A DNA stretch of 5,452 nt from Amoebidium appalachense. Taxonomy: Eukaryota > Protista > Ichthyosporea. Both the position numbers and the translations under genes were made by a program. The notes beneath the pieces were generated by a model, which did no database searches, was not told where the DNA came from, and was given only the letters and a program-made list of their open reading frames with translations. Below are positions 1-5,452 of the stretch, piece by piece (within the stretch, counting starts at the first letter, position 1; each line of letters opens with the position of its first letter). The stretch is taken from NCBI GenBank assembly GCA_963693365.1, contig CAVNZM010000123.1:1-5452 (forward strand). Direction: 5' to 3'.

Positions 1-879
1 TTGTTTGATCCGGGATTCGTCGACCCCGGCCTCAGCCAGTGCTGTGGCCCCCCCTATGCGGAGGCTGTGGCCGGCAAACCGGGAGGGTGAGATGCCTGCC
101 CGGGAGAGGAGGGCACGGAAGTCGGCAGAGAAAGCACCCTTGGTGTAGGGAATGCCACCGAGACTGAAGAGGGGGTCGTCGGGTTGACCGGACGTTGTAT
201 CCAGGAACTGCCGGAGGAGATGGGCTGGGGAGAAGTGGGTGAGGGGCAGGGCAGCTAGAGTGACGTTGACACCTCGGGCCTGTACATCCGTTTTAGAGGT
301 TGGCAGGTGGAGGGTGGCATGGGACAAAGTACCGGTGGGGGTGTAGCTGAAGGTCACGTCCTTCCGTTTTACGTGACGGGACGGGTCGAAGGAAGTCAGG
401 GTCTTGGAGGTAAATTCCCCCGAACGGAGGAGACCACAGAAACCGACGATGAGGGCCGTCCATAGCCAAAGATTGGCCGAGGAGGCCTTGGTGGGGCACT
501 GGCCATGGAGTAGGCTGAGGTGGGAGGGCAGGAGGGGTTCCCTGGTGGATGAGCGGGGTCGGATGTTGTGAGAAAGCTGCCATCTGCCCACCCCTCGTAG
601 GAACCAGGCTAGAGACTTGTCGTGGGGGTAAGGAGCAGGGAGGCCCATGTCGAGGTGGAGCCTGGTGATGGCCGAATTGTAGCCGGTCAAGGAAGAGGCA
701 TGTACCCCTCGTTGGGCACACCAGGCGAGAAAAAGTTGCACGGTGTGTGGGGAGGCCGGGAGGGAGGACCCAGAGGAGGATTGCAGCCGAGATGCCACAC
801 AGAAATAATGACGATGAACACTTTTTGCACCCGGGAGTAAAAGGCCCGAGAGTCGAGGTTGAGACTCAGGGCCTGGCAT
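1..879 (-). CDS. Tyrosine recombinase (phage-integrase family) of the retrotransposon, C-terminus beyond window edge, start uncertain and possibly frameshifted
   Basis: Manual translation of the minus frame that is stop-free from 1119 to 1 (ATGs at 1059 and 879): ...LPASPHTVQLFLAWCAQRGVHASSLTGYNSAITRLHLDMGLPAPYPHDKSLAWFLRGVGRW...LWTALIVGFCGLLRSGEFTSKTLTSFDPSRHVKRKDVTF...TLHLPTSKTDVQARGVNVTLA...DDPLFSLGGIPYTKGAFSADFRALLSRAGISPSRFAGHSLRIGGATALAEAGVDESRIKQ. Catalytic R (426-424), K (294-292) and H-x-x-R (69-58) are intact. The GRW motif and the catalytic Tyr are expected just outside the window. Confidence 0.93.
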   Translation of the reverse strand, partial: MPGPESQPRLSGLLLPGAKSVHRHYFCVASRLQSSSGSSLPASPHTVQLFLAWCAQRGVHASSLTGYNSAITRLHLDMGLPAPYPHDKSLAWFLRGVGRWQLSHNIRPRSSTREPLLPSHLSLLHGQCPTKASSANLWLWTALIVGFCGLLRSGEFTSKTLTSFDPSRHVKRKDVTFSYTPTGTLSHATLHLPTSKTDVQARGVNVTLAALPLTHFSPAHLLRQFLDTTSGQPDDPLFSLGGIPYTKGAFSADFRALLSRAGISPSRFAGHSLRIGGATALAEAGVDESRIKQ

Positions 880-1903
880 TCCTGCAGGGTAGTGGTAGCT
901 CGAAGCAGCTCGGCCGGAGCAAAGTGGGGGGCCAATCTGCCAGCGTTGCTCCGGAAGGGGAGATATGGTGGGTGGACCAGGAGGGGGCCCAGAGGGCCAC
1001 GGCGGCTGCGATGGCCAGGAGTTCGATGACGGAAGAACCGAGTTTACCCTCATGAGCATAGAGGGCTTGGGTGGAGGGGGACCAGGGCATGAAAAACCAT
1101 TGGTCGAGCCAGTGGCCTCCTAGACCCACTGATCCGGCAGCATCGGTGGCCAGGGTGGTGTATGTGGGGGGTGTGATGAGGTGCACCCCATTCCATGATG
1201 TGAGGAACTGGTGCCACTCGGCTATGTCGGCCCGGGCGGCAGCAGTCAGCCGTATGTGGTGGTGGCCGGCAAGGTGTGGGTTGGTCCGGAGAAGGGCCCA
1301 TAGGCGCTGGGAGAAGGCCCTCCCGGGGGGAAGCAGCTGGGCATACCAGGTGAGTTTGCCGAGGAGGGATTGGAGGTCCCGAATGGTGATGGTGGGCTTT
1401 GGGGGGGAAGTGAGGTCGAGTAGGTCCGAGAGTTTGGAAGCAGGGATCCGTGCCTCCATGGTGACAGAGTCGAAATCGATACCGATGAAGACGATACGGG
1501 TAGCCGGGCCCTGCATCTTGTCTTCGGAGATGGCAATGTGCAGCTCTCGGCAGAGTTGCAGGAAGGTGGATAGGTGACGTTGGCACTGCTCTGGGGTGGG
1601 GGCTACTATAATCCAGTCGTCTACGTAGTGGCGGATGAGGGTAACACCGTGCTGGTGTGCCAGCCACTGTAGGGTGGCCGCGATCCGTTCCCAGATGGCT
1701 GGGCTAGATTTCAGGCCGAAGGGCAGTCTGGTTTCAACGTAAAAATGCCCCTGCCATTTGAATGCCATTAAGTGATGGTCTTCTGGTCGGATGGGCATGT
1801 GCCGGAAGGCAGCCTGCACATCTGCCACGGCCATGTAGCAGCCGGGGCCTGCGTCGAGAATGAGCTGGGTGACATCCCGGGCGCGAATGTACTGAAGTTC
1901 GTC
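866..1903 (-). pseudogene. Reverse transcriptase-RNase H of a DIRS/Ngaro retrotransposon, N-terminally truncated, RNase H incomplete
   Basis: The track ORF 866..1834 extends upstream in frame as DELQYIRARDVTQLILDAGPGCY (1903-1835), so M1834 is internal. The frame hits TAA at 1927-1925 inside the AT-rich repeat. Motifs: ADVQAAF, LPFG (1726-1715), YVDD (1627-1616), FIGIDFDS, LQSLLGKL, RNase H TDAA (1147-1136) and IELLA (E at 1024-1022). Similarity is lost after HHIS (~960), with no DN motif and no H-x-x-G-x-x-N-x-x-AD-x-LSR motif. Confidence 0.92.
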
Positions 1904-1991
1904 AAGTAATCCTAACTTTTCAAGTTAGGTTTGTTAAAGTAATCCTAACTTTTCAAGTTAGGTTTTCAAAACTAATCCTAACTTTTCAAGT
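1904..1991. repeat. Tandem repeat, 33-bp period, ~2.7 copies, internally palindromic
   Basis: TAATCCTAACTTTTCAAGT starts at 1907, 1940 and 1973. Copies 1 and 2 contain CCTAACTT-TTC-AAGTTAGG (8-bp stem, 3-nt loop). Copy 3 lacks most of the right arm. Confidence 0.93.
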
Positions 1992-2229
1992 CCTATTACT
2001 AGCTCCTTAATACCTTTCGAGGTAATAATTTAGTGCCATATTAATAGTACATTATAAATAGAATTTAATTCTAATTCCAGATTATGTTAAAAATCTTAAA
2101 TCTTACCAACTTTGGAGGTTTAGCAGATCAGGAATTAAAGAATTAATGAGAATCTTAAATTGTACTTAAACATATTTATTATGTTTAGTAAGAAATTTTG
2201 TCCTATGTTACCAATATTATAGGAGTATA

Positions 2230-2249
2230 ATTGAATAGTACTATTCAAT
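2230..2249. repeat. Perfect 20-bp palindrome ATTGAATAGTACTATTCAAT
   Basis: The sequence equals its own reverse complement. It is built on the AATAGTA motif that recurs locally. Confidence 0.9.
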
Positions 2250-2694
2250 AGTAGGAAAGATATAAAGATTCTGAAGAACAGTTTTAAAGAGTACAATTAA
2301 TTAATAGTAGGATAAAGGTCAGATGCCAAAATTCTAAACACAGAAATCCGGGAATCCTAAATTCAGATAGTGGCAAATCTGGAAAATTGGAATCTTAGCC
2401 GATTTTAAATTATCGGTTGCCGCATGAACCGGAGCGACACCAGAGCTCGTAGCTAGCGCAAGCGGAGAGCTCAATGGAGCGGCCCACCACTCAATATAAA
2501 GTCCGTTGATAGCCTACACTCTTAACGTAAGTAGTCAATGGGGAACTAGAACCTTCTTAATAGTAAAAAAGGAAAAGTACTATGTTAATAGTAGAAAATA
2601 TATAAGATGGAAATTGAATTCCTTAATCCAGAAATGGGTTTTGCCTAATCTCAAGATCCAGAATTTGTCAAAATCGTAGTTTAGCGGTAGAAAA

Positions 2695-3222
2695 CGAAAT
2701 TTTGAGATCTAGTCGAAATTTTGAGATCTAGTCGAAAATATGAAATGGAGTTTCATTGTATATCAATTAAGAGGTTTATTTTGAATCTCTTAGTTCTATT
2801 ATAGGCAATAATAATTGTAACGTGTTGTTTTAATACTCATAGTTCTTTCACGTATTGGGTACGATGAGTCGGTTTTGCCAATTTCCAAGTTGATTTGACG
2901 GTCACTTCGGTGATGCGATCTAGATCTAGTCGAAAATGAATTGGATTTTGAGATCTAGTCGAAAATATGAATTGGAGTTTCATCTCATAAATTAAGAGGT
3001 TTATTTTGAATCTGATTTGAATCAGAATCTCTTAGTTCTATTATAGGCAATAATAATTGCAATGTGTTGTTTTAATACTCATAGTTTTTCACGTATTGGG
3101 TACGATGAGTCGGTTTTGCTAATTTCCAAGTTGATTTGACGGTCACTTCGGTGATGCGATCTAGATCTAGTCGAAAATGAATTGGATTTTGAGATCTAGT
3201 CGAAAATATGAATTGGAGTTTC
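2695..3222. repeat. Tandem array of ~227-241-bp units, preceded by a 19-bp duplication
   Basis: ATTTTGAGATCTAGTCGAAAATATGAA starts at 2718, 2945 and 3186 (periods 227 and 241). The units are near-identical throughout. CGAAATTTTGAGATCTAGT occurs at 2695 and 2714. The third unit stops after GGAGTTTC at 3222. Confidence 0.95.
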
Positions 3223-3363
3223 GGTTTTATTTGTGGAATTTATTGACATAAATATTTTTCTGGGTAAACACGTAGGATGGGTGTTCGGTATCAACATAAC
3301 CATGTAGGCTTCATTTCGTGTTTTAGCAGTTCGCGGTTGGCTGCCCGCACATGGGCACCTATT

Positions 3364-3484
3364 AGCCAATCAAAACATCAGATTCCACATATCACTAGAC
3401 CGAGTTTTGATTGGCTCGGATCAGATTTCACATATCACTAGATCGATTTTGATTGGCTCAGATCGGTAGGCTTAGGTATATAAG
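3364..3484 (+). promoter_or_regulatory. Pol II-type promoter: three CCAAT (NF-Y-like) boxes and a TATA box
   Basis: AGCCAATCA (CCAAT at 3366-3370), TGATTGGCT twice (ATTGG at 3410-3414 and 3452-3456), spaced 42-44 bp apart, followed by TATATAAG at 3477-3484. Confidence 0.6.
3377..3464. repeat. 43-bp direct repeat (2 copies), each carrying a reverse CCAAT box
   Basis: ATCAGATTCCACATATCACTAGACCGAGTTTTGATTGGCTCGG (3377) and ATCAGATTTCACATATCACTAGATCGATTTTGATTGGCTCAG (3420). There is also a perfect 13-bp inverted pair, AGCCAATCAAAAC (3364-3376) and GTTTTGATTGGCT (3404-3416). Confidence 0.92.
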
Positions 3485-3623
3485 CACGACAGTTTTTAGC
3501 AGATCAGCAAGCTACAAACACATCTTCTGTGTTTAGCACCCACAGCCTTACAGCTATATATTCCTTTTTCACCCACCCACCTACACCCACACTCAACCCC
3601 CATTGATCCACACATACGTGCTG

Positions 3624-3686
3624 TTTTTTCACGGGGCGAAGACTTCCCCCGTTTTTTTGGGCACAAGGACCTCACGGATCAATAAA
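3624..3686 (+). terminator. Candidate 3'-end signals: GC hairpin flanked by T tracts, followed by AATAAA
   Basis: T6 (3624-3629), ACGGGG-C-GAA-GAC-TTC-CCCCGT hairpin (3631-3652), T7 (3652-3658), and AATAAA at 3681-3686, ~200 bp downstream of the TATA box. Confidence 0.35.
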
Positions 3687-3793
3687 CATGATGACTGGGG
3701 GCTTGCCGTGGTTTACAACCATTGCAGGTTCACTTTCGTCCAAGGGGATGTCCCCCTAGAGGCAACACACGTCCCGGAGTAGTTTTTCATAGA

Positions 3794-3860
3794 ATCTCAT
3801 AAATTAAGAGGTTTATTTTGAATCTGATTTGAATCAAATTTTCATCTCTTAGTTCGATTA
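3794..3860. repeat. Resumed remainder of the third ~240-bp tandem unit
   Basis: ATCTCATAAATTAAGAGGTTTATTTTGAATCTGATTTGAATCA matches 2982-3024. TCTCTTAGTTCGATTA then matches TCTCTTAGTTCTATTA, after which similarity ends. Confidence 0.9.
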
Positions 3861-4008
3861 GAGTTTATTTTCAAAAAAATCTAAGCCTACATCTCAATTA
3901 AGCTAGTCTATTATTCTCGCGAGGTCGAGATTTGTTACCCTTTATGTATGCATCTTGGTAATCATGTAATAGACGACTCCTACCTATCTAGGACTTTTAC
4001 CAATCTAG

Positions 4009-5350
4009 TTGAGGAGGGAGACCCCTCCCTACCGTTAGATTCCCCTTATAACTCCTATAAGTTCCCCTTAAGTAGAGTTGTGCAACTCCCCCTCAATTTG
4101 AGTGGTGCACAATTTTACTCATAAAATTCTTAATCTTTCTCTGAAATTTTTTAAATCTTCTTTGCACTTAAATTCCCCCTACTTTGAGGAGTAAGATTCT
4201 TAAATTTCTTACCCAAGATCCTCGTAAAATGGGTTCCGGGGGGTATTAGGTATTATTGGTGCCTCTTGAGGAGGGTCCCCCTCCTTCCCGTTAGATTCCC
4301 CTTGTTAGGAGTTGTGCAACCACCCCTCAATTTGAGTGGAGTACAATTTTAAGAGTAAAATTCTTAATCTTTTTCTGAAGATTCTTAATTTTCCTTGCCG
4401 TTAGATTCCCCTTATGGGACCCCTAAAGGGACCCCTAATATTCTTTAATTTCCTACCCAAGATCTCCGGAAAATGGGTTCCGGGGGGTACTAGGTATTAT
4501 CGGTGCCCTACCGTTAGATTCCCCTTAAGATGAGTTGTGCAACTCCCCCTCAAATAAAGTGGTGCACAATTTTACTCCTAAAATTTTTAATTTCCCTCCA
4601 AAATTTTTTAATTTTCTTTACCCTTAAATTCCCCTTACTTTTAGGATTTTAATCCTAAGACTACCCACCTTGAGGGACCCCAATATCTCCGGAAAATGGG
4701 TTCCGGGGGGTACTAGGTATTATCGGTGCCCTATCGTTAGATTCCCCTTATAACTCCTTAAGAGGAGTTGTGCAAGAATTTTAAGAAATTCCCAACATGA
4801 GGGACCCCTAGATGGGGTCCTACATGTATAGTTGTTATGAAAAGTTCTACAAGTACATCATGGAGGGTAGGAATCCCTTCCGGGGGGTACCTTACCGCTA
4901 AATTCCCCTTATAACTCCTTAAGAGGAGTTGTGCAAGAATTTTAAGAAATTCCCAACATGAGGGACCCCGATAGGGAGATCCCTTGAAGGAGGATGTCAT
5001 GAAAAGTTCTACAAGTACATCATGGAGTGTAGGAATCCCTTCCGGGGGGTACTCGGTATTGTCGGAGCAGAGATAAGGGACCCCTAGAGAGGGGTTCCGG
5101 GGGGTATTAGGTATTATTGGTGCCTCTTGAGGGGGTTCCCTCCAGGGTCCCCCTCCTTACCGCTAAATTCCCCTTATAATGATATTAAACTCCAACTACC
5201 CCCCTAAAGGGGAATTTTAAGAAATTCCCAACTAGAGGGACCCCGAGATCTCATGAGGTACCTCGGGAGGGTGTTATGAAAAGTTCTACAAGTACATCAT
5301 TGAGAGTAGGAATCCCTTCCGGGGGGTACTAGGTATTGTCGGAGCAGAAA
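4009..5350. repeat. Complex modular direct-repeat array (periods ~160-265 bp) rich in G/C tracts and hairpins
   Basis: TTCCGGGGGGTA occurs 7 times (4234, 4478, 4701, 4878, 5040, 5095, 5317). YCGYTARATTCCCCTT occurs 7 times (4032, 4288, 4398, 4511, 4734, 4895, 5160). GAGTTGTGCAA occurs 5 times. GAAAAGTTCTACAAGTACATCAT occurs 3 times (4839, 5001, 5278). AATTTTAAGAAATTCCCAAC occurs 3 times. All copies are in the same orientation. Confidence 0.93.
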
Positions 5351-5452
5351 TATTCTAAAATTCCCTCCTAGAGGGACCTCATGTTGGTGACTATCCCTAT
5401 TAGCTTAGGGTAAGAGTAGAACACAAGACGAGAGGAGATAAGATGGAGTACC

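Larger units (their letters stand above)
1..1903 (-). mobile_element. Tyrosine-recombinase (DIRS-order) retrotransposon, Ngaro-like, partial: 5'-truncated inside RT and continuing beyond the left window edge
   Basis: RT, RNase H and tyrosine recombinase occur in that order on the minus strand, which is diagnostic of DIRS-order elements. The YR motif HSLRIGGAT and the RT segment GPGCYMAVADVQAAFRHMPIRPED resemble Ngaro-type proteins. No methyltransferase domain is visible between RNase H and YR, although a deletion there weakens this argument. The block is GC-rich and ends sharply at ~1903. Confidence 0.93.
3223..3793 (+). mobile_element. ~570-bp non-coding insertion splitting the third tandem unit, unclassified (solo-repeat-like or non-autonomous element)
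   Basis: Unit 2 reads GGAGTTTC|ATCTCATAAATTAAGAGG. In unit 3, GGAGTTTC ends at 3222 and ATCTCATAAATTAAGAGG resumes at 3794. The intervening DNA is unique and more GC-balanced. TTTC occurs at both sides (3219-3222 and 3785-3788). No TIR or TG..CA ends were seen. Confidence 0.55.

Noticed and set aside
293-721. 142-aa minus-strand ORF
   Set aside because: Pro-rich shadow frame overlapping the true tyrosine recombinase frame, with no recognisable motifs.
622-1577. Plus-strand ORFs 622..840, 747..1055 and 1071..1577
   Set aside because: Antisense shadows of GC-rich RT and YR coding sequence, with no domain features.
1050-1667. Minus-strand ORFs 1050..1667 and 1246..1536 overlapping RT
   Set aside because: Low-complexity Pro/His/Ser-rich translations. 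DIRS elements can have long overlapping frames, but both ORFs stop before the YR-like sequence begins.
1904-1991. CRISPR-like palindromic repeats, or telomeric TTAGG/CCTAA repeats
   Set aside because: Variable spacers are only ~7 bp, there are no cas genes, and the context is eukaryotic. TTAGG/CCTAA occurs once per arm, not in tandem.
2420-2450. Group II intron domain V or rRNA fragment
   Set aside because: Only GAACCGGA resembles the antisense of domain V. The rest of the stem and the catalytic triad spacing do not fit, and no rRNA signature was recognised.
2860-2936. Hammerhead ribozyme in the tandem unit (CGATGAG...CGAAA)
   Set aside because: The core is ACGATGA rather than CTGATGA, and the bases that should form stem II (GTCG and AGTC) are not complementary.
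3570-3601. Yeast-telomere-like or telomerase-template-like C/A tract (CACCCACCCACCTACACCCACAC)
   Set aside because: Short, low-complexity and irregular. Nothing else supports a telomere or telomerase RNA.
3688-3759. Box C motif ATGATGA (snoRNA), 23-codon ORF, and minus-strand GACGAAA hammerhead half-site
   Set aside because: There is no suitably placed box D inside the insert, the ORF is too short to support, and no matching CTGANGA occurs on the minus strand.
4758-5000. 80-aa minus-strand ORF
   Set aside because: It lies wholly within the non-coding repeat array, its internal similarity follows the DNA repeat, and it has no protein motifs.

Overview
Eukaryotic, transposon- and repeat-derived window with two sharply different halves. 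Bases 1-~1903 are GC-rich (roughly 60-65% by eye) and are a minus-strand fragment of a tyrosine-recombinase retrotransposon (DIRS order, most like Ngaro). It has a 5'-truncated reverse transcriptase (LPFG, YVDD) and an RNase H that has lost its C-terminal half. A tyrosine recombinase follows (LLRSGEF, SKTD, GHSLRIGGAT); the ORF track misses it because it runs off the left edge. At ~1903 the RT frame breaks abruptly into ~3.5 kb of AT-rich, non-coding, palindrome-dense DNA. In order, this contains three 33-bp hairpin repeats at the junction, a ~230-240-bp tandem array, and ~1.35 kb of shuffled G/C-tract hairpin modules. The third unit of the tandem array is split by a ~570-bp insert carrying CCAAT boxes, a TATA box, several stem-loops and AATAAA. 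The identity of the AT-rich block (terminal repeat of a large element, satellite/spacer DNA, or assembly chimera) cannot be determined from this window. No new biological system can be claimed from the sequence alone. The insert and the junction are the best leads.
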